A DNA stretch of 64,000 nt from Eledone cirrhosa (lineage: Eukaryota): the NCBI GenBank assembly GCA_964016885.1, contig OZ024742.1, forward strand, positions 113,088,001 through 113,152,000, in the 5' to 3' direction. The position numbers were made by a program, and so were the translations under genes. Shown one piece after another: positions 40,752 to 54,765 of this stretch. Positions within the stretch are counted from its first letter, which is position 1, and each line of letters starts with the position of its first letter. The notes beneath the pieces were generated by a model that saw only the letters and a program-made list of their open reading frames with translations, was not told where the DNA came from and did no database searches.

Positions 40752-41365
40752 TTATGTCAGGTCACCAGTTGGTGCTACTGGTAACATGTATCCCATTACA
40801 ACCTGTCCCATGGTCGGGTCGTTGGCGACTAAAGTGGCAACCCCACCAAGGTTTCTTGGTGAGGAGGGTGACTTTGGACATCCTGCAGGACTAAAAACAA
40901 AACCTGTCAAAGGGCAAAGGAACTCTTAAGAGTCAATGGCCATCCAAAATCACTGGGAGAGATGACCCCTTAGCCTTTGTCAAGGCAGAATTCTAAGAGA
41001 AGGAAAACTCTGATATAACACCTGCAACCCTCATGATATCCAATGATGTTGACTTGTTCTTCTTTTTGGTAAATATCATCTTGGTTAAGAGAGTGGGAAT
41101 GGCTTTGCGCAGTACCTTTGCTCAGTATAAAAGCTTCACGGCACAGGCATTGCTTTATATCTGGAGATCTCTCTGCACTTGTCGTCATATGGTACCATGG
41201 GCCCAGCACTATGTGTCAATAATTGTCACAAGTGTAGTGTTTGTACCAAAGTTTTCAAGTCGCAGGCCGGACTGAAAAGTCACACTCGTTCAGCGCATCG
41301 GTAGGGGTTCTCCTACATGGATATAAAGTAGTGGCCGTACTCGAAAACGAGTTGGCAGCCACCAT
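40752..41365 (+). mobile_element. Short RTE derivative: 5'-UTR-like part joined to a 3' end with a C2H2 finger
   Basis: agagaaggaaaactctgat motif typical of RTE leaders (~40997). [25 protein letters not shown] at ~41226-41303. The 3' motif tggccgtactcgaaaacgag matches tggccatactcgataacgag at 45610. Confidence 0.65.
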
Positions 41366-41486
41366 ATATGTATGTATATATATGTATGTATATGTGTGTA
41401 TGTGTGTATGTGTGTGTATGCATATGTGTGTGTATATGTATATATATATATATATATATGTGTGTATGTTTGTATGTATGTATATG

Positions 41487-41542
<56 letters not shown>

Positions 41543-41546
41543 GGTG

Positions 41547-41654
<108 letters not shown>

Positions 41655-41972
41655 GTGTGTGTACATGTGTGTGCGTGCGCGTGTTTGTGTGTGTGTGTTT
41701 GTGAATGTGTCTGTCGACACATGGAATATAGCTTAAGAGAAACTTAAAAATAAGGAGTGGCACCCCATTCTGAACTTGTTTATAGAATTATTTATGCCTT
41801 TGTTACTCTAAATATAAATTATAGCTTTAAAGACTTGGCTTTTAATGAATTCCCTTTTCTATCAACCAATGACCTCTACCCATCCCACTCCGCAACCTCT
41901 CCTACCACCCGAAGAGACCTATAAATAGAATATTTATTTTTTGAAACCCAGATTCCTGATAATTTCTAAAGA

Positions 41973-44900
41973 ATGAAACTCGCTCGTCATCGTGACATTG
42001 TAATAGAGCCAAACAGGGCATTTAGTCTTGGCTGCTGGAACGTACGGACGCTGCTTCACAGGGATTCCTTGGGGCATCCTGAACGAAGGACCGCTCTTGT
42101 TGCAAAGGAGCTTCGACGTTACGATCTTGAGATCGTGGCTTTATCTGAGACGAGGCTAGCTGGAGATGGTCATCTTACGGAATTTTGTGGAGAATATACA
42201 TTCTTCTGGAAAGGAAGAGATGAAGGAACCAGAACAGAGGCTGGGGTAGGATTTGCTGTTAAGCTGTGCCTGTGAACAAATTAGAAGAATTCCCAGTAGG
42301 GATTAGTGAGCGTCTTATGTCCATGAGAGTTCCGCTGGACAAGGGAAGATATGCTACTCTGGTGACTGTGTATGCACCAACTATGAGTTCTGTCGATGAG
42401 GAAAAGGTGTATTTTTACCATGCCTGGAAAGGTGTTTTAAGAAATATCCCTCAGGCAGACAAAGTCATCGTGCTTGCTGACTTTAATGCTAGACTGGTTA
42501 GGGATTTTAACACATGGAATGTAATAGGAAGGCATGGGGTGGGACAGTGTAACAGCAATGGTATGCTCCTGCTGCAGATGTGTGAGGAGCTGGATCTGTG
42601 TGTTACCAACACCATGTTCCAACAAAAGAGCAACTTCAAGACCACATGGATGCATCCTGCATCTAAGGAATGGCATCTTTTGAACTACGTCCTAGTCAGG
42701 ATGCGTGACAGACAGATGTGCAGTGTGTTCGTGTTCTTCGTGGAGCTGAGTGTTGGACGGACCACCGCCTGGTACGCGCAAATGTGAAACTAATCAATAA
42801 ACGTAAAGTCCGGGCTCCTGGTGTTGCCCTGCCCAAAAGATTGAATGCTGCTCGTCTTAAGGATAAAAATGTGAAGAGGCTGCAGATCTTGGTGAGGATT
42901 GGCCGACCCTTAAAAAGTCGGTTTATGATGTAGGCAGGCGTGTTCTGGGATTGGCGCAGAGGAAACATCAGGACTAGTTTGATGAGAATGATGTACATAT
43001 AGAAGACTTGTTGGCTGATAAGAGGCGTGCTCTGTCACGCTACTTGACGGCAACACCACAGGAGAGGAATACGCTGCATGAGGAACTCAGGGATGTAAAA
43101 TCACGTATTAGGCGGAGTCTTTCTCAGATGAAGGATCAGTGGTGGAGTGAGAAGGCTGGTGAGATACAAACTGCGTCTGATTCCAATAACACAAAGCGGT
43201 TGTACAGTCTCTTGCGTGAAGTTTATGGACTGTCTTCTTCTTTGGTGACACCGCTTCGCAGCAAGGATGGCAAAGAACTTATTCGTGACTCATAAGGAAT
43301 TCTACGAAGGTGGCGAGAGCACTTTGATGATCTTTTGAATCAGCCGTCTGTCGTCAGTGAAAATTTCCTCAATCTCATTCCAGAAAGTCCTGTGAAAGTA
43401 GCTCTCGCAGAACCTGCGACGCTTGTGGAGGTTGCAGTGGCTATTTCGAAACTGAACAGTGGAAGATCTCCAAGTATGGATGGCATACATGCTGAGCTCC
43501 TACAATATGGTGGTGAGAGACTCCTGCAGCATCTTCCCTCTTTGTTTGGCAGGATATGGGCTAATGAATCCGTACCTGAGGACTGGAGAGATGCAGTAAT
43601 GGTGGTCTTGTACAAGGGAAAGCGTAACAGGAACGATTGTGGGAACTACAGAGGTATATCATTGCTTTCTGTCGTAGGGAAAGTTTTATGTAGGGTGCTT
43701 CTGGACCGTCTGCTGACACACATTGCAGATTGTGTTCTTCCTGAAAGTCAATCTGGTTTTCGTGCTGGACGCGGCACTACTGATATGATCTTCTCAGCTA
43801 GACAGCTCCAGGAGAAGTGCATGGAACAGGGCTTGGGTCTGAATCAGGTTTTTGTCGATCTGACAAAAGCTTTCGATACTGTTAACAGAGTGGCATTATG
43901 GAAGGTTCTCCAGAAAGTTGGTTGCACTGATAAGTTCCTTGCTTTAGTTAGGTCTTTCCATGACGACATGAAGGCGTGGGTTAATGTCGGGGGTAACATG
44001 TCGGAGCCTATCTCAGTAAATAATGGAGTGAAACAGGGGGATATTCCAGCACCGACCCTGTTTGCCATATACTTTGCAATGGTTTTCTGTATTGCATTCA
44101 GGAATTGCGAGCATGGTGTTTACATCCGATATCGAACCTCAGGCAGCATATTTAACATCAGGCGCTTTGCTGCGAAGACAAAAGTATTTACATCAATCAT
44201 AAGAGACCTCTTGTATACAGATGATTGCGTTCTTGTAGCGCACACAGAAAGTGATATGCAGCACATTTTGAATGCATTTTCTGACGCTTGCACTGCCCTA
44301 GGTCTGACTGTCAGTCTCAAGACAACCGTCGTCATGTACCAACCTGCCCCTGGTAAGCAGTACACTGAACCAAACATCTATGTGCATGGAAAACGACTTG
44401 GAGTGGTTGATCAGTTTGTCTACCTGGGAAGAACTGTCAATCGATACAGCAACTTGACAGTGAAATCTCACTTACGATTAGGAAAGCATGTGATGCTTTC
44501 GGAAAGCTAGAAAGAAGACTCTGGGGTCGGCGAGACATATGCAGGAGGACAAAAGTAAAGGTGTACAGGGCATGTGTGCTCTCTTGTCTTATTTATGCCT
44601 GCGAGACATGGGTCACATATCGACACCACCTTAAGCAATTGGAGCGTTTCCATCAGATGTGTCTCAGACGGATCCATGGCATTCACTGGAGGGACCACAT
44701 CAGTGATGTCGATATTTTGGAAAGCTCGATGTGTGACAGTATAGAAGCTCTTGTGCTTAAGCAACGACTCCGTTGGAGTGGTCACCTTGCCAGGATGAAG
44801 GATTCTAGAATAGCCAAACAACTCTTTTATGGAGAGTTGGTTAAAGGAAAACGATCGCCGCATAAACCAAAACAGATGTATAAGGATTCCTGTGAAGCCT

Positions 44901-45394
44901 CTCTGAAAGACGCTAACATCTCTGCTGATACATGGGAGAATATTGCTGCTGATCGTAATAAATGGAGAAAGACTGTATATGAGGGAAAAGTTGCCTTTGA
45001 GGCATCTCGAATCCCATACGAGAAAGTAAAGCGGGATGTGAGGAAGGGCATTGCTGTTGCACTTCCAGACGGCGAGGGTCCTCCTATCGTGCTGACATGC
45101 AGCGTATGTGCGAGACACTGTCTAAGCAAAGCTGGACTCGAAAGTCATTTTCGCAGTCATAAAGTAAGACCAGTGGTTGACTACCAGGCTGCTGTTGGAG
45201 ATGCTACCCATCATGCCTGCCAAACATGTGGTAGAGAATGGAAATCAGCAGGAGGGCTCAAGCGACATGCAAAAGTACACGAACTCCAACCACAGCCGAC
45301 TATTCCCAGTAAATGTTTTGGTTGCCGACTCTGTGCAAGATACTTTAGATCATTGGCTGGGCTAAAAAGCCACATTCGATCGCAGCGCTGTTAG
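41973..45394 (+). pseudogene. RTE (BovB-like) LINE ORF: APE + RT + three C-terminal C2H2-like fingers, with several frameshifts and stops
   Basis: WNVRTL, ERRTALVAKEL..LSETR, VYAPT, DFNAR, WTDH, NYRGISLLS, FVDLTKAFD, GVKQGD, LLYTDD, QRLRWSGH. Breaks near 42270, 42715, 42885-43000, 43293 and 44450. Confidence 0.92.
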
Positions 45395-45633
<239 letters not shown>

Positions 45634-45652
45634 TATATATATACATATTTAT

Positions 45653-45826
<174 letters not shown>

Positions 45827-48706
45827 TATGTGTATGTGTGTGTATGTGTGTGTGTGCGTGAATACATACTCGAGCTGAAAAGCTCTGTCCGATATATATT
45901 ATACATACTTGTATGACATCATTTATTCTTTGAAATATGAAAGTGCGTTCTTGCTTCCTTCCTTGAATTACATTATATACAATGCACAACACATGTGAGT
46001 CTCTATCACCTGTTTTCTCTTGATATTTAATCATTAAATACAGAGCGTAATTACTAATTAGAAATAGCATGACACGCGATCATCTAACACAAGTTTTTTT
46101 GAATACATCATAATGAATATTGTTATACAGAATCGACCATGACTGGAATACGACTTAATCTAGATATTTAAATGATACTTTTCCATACTAAGATATTAAT
46201 TAGCTCGCCTTTTACAGATCTACTTCAAGAACTTCTTAACATTATTTGATAACATATTAGATTTCTATTTTTCTTAGACTTGCAATAATACTTCATTACA
46301 TTTATTCTTTAAATTGATCATGTTATATATATTATTTGTAACCTTTCTCCTAGAAACACACATGCAGCTAAATCAGATAAAGGCAGTTTTTGAAAGTCAT
46401 ATAATAACGATGTAATCGTATTGCTTGCCGGTAAGCCACGTTTCTGCATAATCCTCTCTACGCTAATTACCTTACACTAATAATAAAATTAGAGTAGTCT
46501 CCACGCAATTGATCACACATTTAAATTATATACATTTTGTAATAATGCTATACAATTCTCAGTCAAAATAAACACCTTGCTTAAGTGATATTAGAAAACA
46601 TATAGGTTTCAGGGAATCAGATATAACCACCTGTAAAAATGTGAAATCTAATTGGGTTTTGAAGCTGTTCAGATTACTAGATGTATCAGTCTAATAGTAT
46701 GGAAATAATAGTCCTCTAGTGTATTATTAAAATAATAAAGAACATATTGTAAGATAATGAATTCCAATAAATCATATTCTGAATTTATCGATATATAAAT
46801 ATAAACAAGGTTAGGATTTGAGATATCATAATATAGAAGAGGAGTTAAATATATTGTGTGTACAATAGGCAATTAAAAACAGCTTGTGTGTACAATAGGC
46901 AATTAAAAACAGTATAAATGTTAATGTAAAGTTCAACAAATCAAAGAAAATTAAACTCACATAGCATAATATTTTCATATACTCGTGAACCAAGCATAAA
47001 TGTGGGATAAATTAATTCATTTATTTTCCTCGGATTTACTTATTTGCAGGAATATATATGTAAATTAGATCATCATGAATAATCTACCATGCCATATTCT
47101 TTAATATAAGTTACACTAGATATCTTACAGACACAAATGGTACAGAGATATCTTAAAAAATGAAGACAAATATATTTACTATTGAATTGCTCTATCTCTC
47201 ATTCAATCTCTCTTGTTTTCTCTTCCTCTCTTTCTCTATGATTCTATATTTCCCTCTCCCTCACTGTCGTAAGGTTAGATAGAAAGAAGAAATCAGAGAG
47301 GGCAGATGGAAGCCAAATTTTGACGAAAACCACACGGTCTTTTAATGATTCCTTCCCCTGCAATGTTGCCACTAGCCCAGAGGAATATTAAGCGCATGGA
47401 GGGTTCACTGGACATAGTTAATGTCTCCCTATATTTACTTATTCTTAGAAGATTGTGAGTTTTATTTCTGTCGAGGTTGTATGCAAACACTGCAGATGTT
47501 TTAACAAAGTGAAATATGTGCATGAAAAATAACACCAAAACTACTTACATAGCTAGAGTTACGGTCAACATAAGAAGTGTAGAAGCATATAATATAAGAA
47601 AGCGCGTTTTTACCCTAACCTTTGGAGTGGCCTGGAAACATGGAAACATCTGCACACATACTCCAACACGTAAAGGATTTTGAAGCTATGAATAATTATA
47701 GAATAATATAAACTGATGCTAGATTATTATACGAAAGTGATGAATACTTAGCGAACAATAATAACTCAGAAACAAGACACGTAAAATGTAACCATATGAC
47801 GGCTCACGATAACCATACTGACACTAATCCTAATTCTAACAAACATCTTTCTACACCTCTAGCTTCGCTTCAACAAACAATAACATACACAACTTATACC
47901 GTTTTTAGCAGGTTTAATTCCGTTTATTGTATTCTATTATATTCTAGTTTCCCCCCTCTCATCCTCCTATAGCCTACGCAACTTACAATGTTCAGAGCCA
48001 CACGCATTACAGAAACAAATACAACACTCCATACATACTAATATATTTTTTGACATACACCAAAGCATTATATATATATATATTTATATGTGTGTGTTTG
48101 TGTGTGTGTGTGTGTGTGTATGTATGTGTGTGTATGTGTGTGTGTGTATGTGTGTGTGGGTATGTGTGTATGTTTGTGTGTGTGTGGTGTATATATATAT
48201 ACTTTGTGTTTTGGTTGACGTGCTTCCCGAACATATGAGTATTTACATATAGGTACGTGCGCTTGTTATATACGTATTTATTTATTTATATATATTGTTA
48301 TACTTTGGGAGGGTCATGTTGCTAATAAGAAACACACGCACCAGTTGCTTTCACTTCAATTTATTATATATTTACAAATTTACAAATTTATAAATTTATA
48401 AATTTCTGGTTGGTTGGTTGGTTCCACAACCAGATAGTTGTTTATATATAGTCATAGTCATTTCGTCACACACTCTGTGACCTCTTCAGTGACTGGGGAT
48501 TCCTTTCTTTGTTTCTGTGCCTCTCCTTTGTTCTGTCCTACGCCATTTTGTTTCTGTGTGTGTGTTGTGTGCTCAGTTTGCGCATGCGCCACATCCGGGT
48601 GTCTGTGTGTGTTTATGTTCATTTATCTATTTGTTTGTTTATTTATTTATTTACATGTTATTGGTTGGTTGTATGTTCTATGTGTGTGTGTGTTTTCATT
48701 TTGTCC

Positions 48707-49255
48707 TTAATTGTAAGTTGTGATGTTGCTGTTCCACTCATATTTTCTATTTAATTTTGGTTGTAATTCTTTTATGTTTATTGCCTCTGTAATTTGTCTA
48801 AACATTGCATCTTTTCTGTGTGTAGATTCTATTTTTATTTCTATGTTCTCTAATTTACCCTTGTGTTCTATCTTAGCATGTTGGTAGAGTACAGATGATT
48901 CTTTATTATCTTGAAGGTCTCGCCAGTGTTCATTTATCCGTTCCCCTATATTACGAGCTGTCTCACCTATGTACACTATATTTTTGTTTCTACATTGTCC
49001 TTCAGTACATCTTATGCTATACACTACATTTATAGTTTTACAGTTAATATGGGGGCTTATTTTACAGGTTATACATTTCTTATCTATACATGAGGGTCTT
49101 TGAAAAGTGTATGTCTTGCTAATATGTTTTTTTACGGAGGTACCTGGTCTTTCTACTATCTTAATATTGGGTTTATGTTTATTTAGGGCCCTTCTAAATG
49201 TGTAGGCTAGTTCGCCTCTAGGGGTTGTACCGATGAACATTACACTCTGGTATTT
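48707..49255 (-). pseudogene. PLE C-terminal fragment: Cys linker + GIY-YIG endonuclease
   Basis: CIDKKCITC..INCKTINVVYSIRC..IVYIGETARNIGERINEH..EA..I...P.LN. Confidence 0.9.
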
Positions 49256-49625
49256 ACAAGGGTAAATTAGAGAACATAGAAATAAAAATAGAATCTACAC
49301 ACAGAAAAGATGCAATGTTTAGACACATTACAGAGGCAATAAACATAAAAGAATTACAACCAAAATTAAATAGAAAATATGAGTGGAACAGCAACATCAC
49401 AACTTACAATTAAGGACAAAATGAAAACACACACACGCATAGAACAAAGAACCAGCCAATAACATGTAAATAAATAAATAAATAAACAAATAGATAAATG
49501 AACATAAACACACACAGACACCCGGATGTGGCGCATGCGCAAACTGAGCACACAACACACACACAGAAACAAAATGGCGTAGGACAGAACAAAGGAGAGG
49601 CACAGAAACAAAGAAAGGAATCCCC

Positions 49626-49670
49626 AGTCACTGAAGAGGTCACAGAGTGTGTGACGAAATGACTATGACT
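49626..49670 (+). ncRNA. Minimal hammerhead ribozyme in the PLE pseudo-LTR (mirror copy at ~48450-48494, minus strand)
   Basis: agtca-CTGAAGA-g-gtcac(agagtgt)gtgac-GAAA-tgac-TA-tgact. Stems I and II pair, and stem III is minimal. Confidence 0.72.
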
Positions 49671-49889
49671 ATATATAAACAACTATCTGGTTGTGGAACC
49701 AACCAACCAACCAGAAATTTATAAATTTATAAATTTGTAAATTTGTAAATATATAATAAATTGAAGTGAAAGCAACTGGTGCGTGTGTTTCTGATTGGCA
49801 ACATGACCCTCCCAAAGTATAACAATATCGGTTTCAACACACGATTTCAGATAAAGAATCTTGCCAAACAAATTCAGAAACGAAATATT

Positions 49890-50758
49890 TATATATATTT
49901 ATTTATATACGTCTATTTAATTATATATATACAAGCACACACACACACGCACATATATATATATATATTTTTTTTCTTTTTAAATAAATTTTTATGTGTA
50001 TTTGGGGTCTACATTCGTATGCGTGCGTGTACAGGCGTTGCGTGGGTTCTGTATGTGCGTGCGGGTTTTTTTTTGTTTTGTTTTTTGTCTACGTGCGTGT
50101 ATTTGTATATCTATGGCGAGTGTTTTCGCGTATGCTTGTGTATGTACGTATATGGATGCGTGTAAGTATTTATTTAATTTGAATTACCTCTGTATTTTAT
50201 TTACTTTATTCTCAACTCTGAAGCCGAGAATCATTCGGTGTCCTAGTTAGAATTTTAGTCTACGACTTCAGTTATACCATTTGCGTGGTTTTGTCTTTGC
50301 GTGCGATTGTTCTCCTCGCTCCACACATGACGTATTGTCTTCGTTTTTTCCGTTCATTGACCACCTAATAGAATATTAGACTACTACTTCTTTTATACCA
50401 TAAACGTGGTGTTGTCTTTGCGTGTAACTGTTTTTCACCGCTCCATATAATTGTTTCTACTTTAGGCACAAGGCCAGCAATTAACCAGTGCATTACTGGT
50501 ACTCTATTTTATCGACCCCGTAAGGATGAAAGGCCGAATCAACAGCTCCAAATAATGACGTATTATATTCGTTTTTTCCCGTTCTTTGCCATGGAGCTTT
50601 TCCACAAACCAAAGTATCGTCTTCCTCTCTTCGCCTCCGGTTGCAACGTCTTTTGAAATATTCATTTCTGCGTTCACATATTGACATTGTTAGTTTCAGA
50701 AGATCCCGTTAAGGGTGAAATCAGCTATTCTTTGCTTACACTTTAATCTGGTATTTTA

Positions 50759-50760
<2 letters not shown>
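49890..50760 (+). mobile_element. Second copy of the Naiad-like 3' UTR (its upstream part is at ~48200-48292)
   Basis: Colinear similarity with 29915-30640, interrupted by the fold-back PLE and by a SINE fragment. Confidence 0.82.
50449..50537 (-). mobile_element. 5'-truncated SINE with imperfect TSD
   Basis: Tail and core present. Flanks are gctccatataat / gctccaaataat. The empty site is seen at ~30434 (gctcctattaatgacg). Confidence 0.85.
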
Positions 50761-50825
<65 letters not shown>

Positions 50826-53800
50826 AATATAGGGATGTATTCATACATGTATATATGGATATATGTATGATTGTATGTATATATATGTAAGTTTGTATGT
50901 GTATGTATGTGCATCTGTGTGTGCGCATGTAGAAATTCCATCTAACAATTTCCGCTGGTAATCGATTGGATATTCCGGGACTAATTTAGAAGTTGCGTGC
51001 CCAAAGTCTAAGATTCGATTTGAATCCGTATCCACATAGTCGCTGACAAACTAACAAACTGCACAAAATGTCCAATATAGCTTAGGATAGTATGTATATT
51101 TAGCTTATGTTATACATTTAATCATATTTAGTTTGTTCATACAAATATTTGAGTAATCTAAGAAACATAAAAGTTCAGTGAAGGCAATAATTGAATAGCA
51201 ATCTAAAACCAAATAATATTTATAGATACAAATAAGTTCTGGATATTGTTCGACAGAGACAAGAATCTTATTCTGCAATCGGATCATTGATTCGTGTTAA
51301 TTGTGAAATCTCCGTAAACTGGTACTAAAAATATTGCAGCCATATTTATTCAATTCTTTCGGAAAAAAATCATAGAGGAAACTGTCTAAACAGAAAGCCC
51401 ATCTCTGATTCATCATTTGGCTCTTCAAATGAAACTATGCATATCATTTTCAACATGTTGTGTAAAATAAACTACAATTCAGTAATTTTAAGAAAGATGT
51501 CTAGCGGATACACTCTTATATCTATCACAATATAGCATAAATATTCACAGATCTTAAAATATTTGAGTGGAGTGTCTACTGATTATAATTCTGTGGATAG
51601 AACATTTAATCAGCTTGAAATTGATATAATGTATCATATCACATTTCTATTGCGCATTAGGGATAATTAAAAAAGACCGACGAAACCTGTCCACGACAAA
51701 CCCCAAAGAAGGTAGATATAATAAGAATGATTACTGTAGTTATAAACGGGTGAGTGTGTCTCTTAAAGATTTTGGTTTCGTTATTTTGTGTGGAAATGAT
51801 CGCGGTCATAATTGCAGAAGCAGCCTGATAAGCTCAAAATATTAAATAATTGTTTCGAATATATATATAAATGGTCGGCAGCGTGGAAATATAGTTTAGA
51901 AGAGAATACCAGAAATGAGTGCAATGACAGCTTTGAGGGTTACGGGACATTTGGCTGGAGATAAATAATTTTACTGCTAAGAATAAATATACTCTAGGTG
52001 TCTATGTGGAATTATAGTGCGTTCACCCAGCTCAAATAGAGAGAAAAAGAAAAGGAAAGACTGAAAGAGTTTAAGTGGTAACTCAGTGAAACAGAACCTA
52101 AACCAAATTTTGATTGACGTCACTCAGATCAGTCGGTTGTTCACACCATCAATGCTGCAAAGGAATTAAGTTTGTAACTTTAAACTGCTGTTTGTCAACA
52201 ATTAAGGCTGATTTACTTATATTTCTTTGTTAGTAATCAATAATACTAATCTATGAAAATAGATTTACATCAACGTGTTTTCAATAAATCCATTACAAAC
52301 TTTGTTGTTCAGTCACCCTGTTCGGGGATTTGACTACGTAGTATCAAGTTAGAGATGAATAATTACTTAGGGGTATCTCTTGATAAATGTAGATTATTCA
52401 GATACCGTAAACTTTGAAGGATTTCCGTTCTTTTTGCATCATTCTTTGGTCGCATAACTCAAGTTTCTGTTGACAGATGTTGCTAATATAGAAATAATTC
52501 AAATTTTGTCCAAAAAATTGCAAAAATATCTAAATTCGTTATATAGTTATTGACAGTGGTGTTTAGTATTCAAAGTAGCCCCTATGCGGGGCTAATTTGA
52601 ATACTAAACATATTTTGGTTGGAAAATGGAGTAATTCGACAGGGTTATTGGATGTTCTACCATACAATAATAAAAATAATAGGCAGTATACAAAAAGACA
52701 ATACGAACAACGCGGTATATTTTCATACATTCAATTTAGAACGGATTTTGGCGTGATTGATAACATTTCTGAATTACACGGATTTCGTAGCCGAATCATA
52801 CATCCAATTGATCAGACTAAAAGTTGATAAATTCAATACTTAAGCATTTCTGTGACGCCTTGATAATTTTCATATTTTTACGGAGTTTAAAAACTTAAAC
52901 GAAATGATTTAAAAGAAAATTTAAATGATAATGAAGGTTTCGGTTTATCAAGACATCTTTTCCACAATAATAATATACGGGAAACTATGATGCCATAACT
53001 GTCTTCATTGGTTTTTTTTTCAAAATAACCCGGCTTTACCGTACGCTTTGTATTATTTTTACTATGTGCATCAGCTGCAAAAACAGTACATTATCTACGC
53101 AATAAAATAGGAGCGATTATATAATTACTAGATTGAAATAGTTACTACACCTGGCATGGTCAACGAAATCTCTCACAGCCCCAAGCCAAACACACAGAAA
53201 TTGTTATAAACACTCATAATGCATTGTGAGAGATATACAGTGAGAGAGAGAGTGTGTGAATGGGAATACATGTTTCTTTATCAAATATAAAACATTAATT
53301 TATTGTATTTGTTCATGAATACCTCGGCGTTGATAACATATAGAAATATCAGACAGAAAAAAGAATGAGATAGATATAAATGTGTATTAGACATGGAAGG
53401 TAATGACCCTATTCCAATGAATAAATTATTATAGTATGCATAAAAAAATATAAAATCTCATACAAATGATTTTCATAGACATGTTCTTTCAGGTTTGTAA
53501 TTCAGCCCATTGACAATAACAAACGTTACACGCTTTAATACAAACGTCACTGAATTCTATTAAATATATATCACTTGATTAGAAATCACCGAAAGTGTTG
53601 CCATATATTTTACGGTGTAAATGATTATTTCAAGTCATTTTTTCTAATATCGCAATTTCCCAAACCACGTTTAAAAATAAATTTCAGGGATAATGGCAAT
53701 CGACAAATACAGGGAAATATATCAACATAAAATGCTTTATTTAATGTAAATTGTAATTATTGTAAAATATGTTCTATGCATATTAAATTAATATTAAATA

Positions 53801-54576
53801 TTAGTATTATAATAATATATATTCCTGTAAATAAATAATATGTATTCATATATCGTATTACACATTTGAATTATATATTTATGCCTTTGCTTTTGTTTAA
53901 CAATTGTAATATTTCATTCCTTTCTCAATTACATCAAGGAATATGATGTAGGAAATTATATTTTATGGAAAAAAAATCTATAAATACGTTAATCTTTAAC
54001 AACTCTCTGACAATAAAGTTAATATTTCCCAAATATTACACGTTATCCATATATTTTGGATAAGATATAGATAACACAGGGGATGCCATGGTATGGTTTT
54101 CATCTTCATATACAATCGTTTACTGACGAGTTCCCTGTATATGGCATCGCACGTTACCGTATCTCCCAAAGGAGTGGTAGGGGCCCCCACATTGGTAAGG
54201 GTCATTTCTATGACGTTTTCTTACCTGGTGGAGCCCAATCATCTCCAGGTCTAAGTATAGAAGATTTTCTCCAAAGGAGGATAGGAAGTGAGAGAAGGAC
54301 AGTTACAAAGAAATATGGGGGAAGTATCGACGCCAGTACTCGATTGGAAATGATGAAATGCAAAGTCCACATCAGAGAGCAGAGAACGGAAACGAATACC
54401 ATGGAGCATTCTATCCGACATTCTCTGTCAATTCACCGCCTGACACACACACAAACCTACGAACATATGTATATATACATGTGTTCGTGTGTGTATGTAT
54501 GTGTGTGTGTGCATGTGTGTGTGTGAGTGCGCGTGTGTGTGTGTGTGTGTGTGCGTTTATGAGTTTGAGTGTAATA

Positions 54577-54765
54577 ATTGTTTCTACTTATGGTACGCGG
54601 CCAGCAATTACCCAGCGCATTACATGTACCTTATTTTATCGACCCCGTAAGGATGAAAGGCAAAGTTAACCTCGGCGGGATTTGAACTCAGATCATACAG
54701 GGAGGTAACTCTATGCTTCAAAGCATGGCCTGTGACCCTCCACCGATACTGCCATTCCACCGCCT
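54577..54765 (-). mobile_element. Full-length SINE with 17-bp TSD
   Basis: TSD tgagtttgagtgtaata (54560-54576) / tgaatttgagtgtaata (54766-54782). A box, B box and core are present. Confidence 0.92.

Larger units (their letters stand above)
48293..49827 (-). mobile_element. 5'-truncated Penelope-like element (Neptune-like) with an inverted duplicate of its 3' end
   Basis: Inverted arms 48293-48864 and 49256-49827 (~570 bp, few mismatches) around a 391-bp spacer. Confidence 0.92.

Noticed and set aside
46854-46912. 30-bp tandem duplication (a similar 21-bp one at ~55918-55957)
   Set aside because: Ordinary local slippage duplications with no further structure.
48293-49827. DNA transposon/MITE with long TIRs
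   Set aside because: The arms contain PLE endonuclease coding sequence and a hammerhead. No transposase or TSD is seen.
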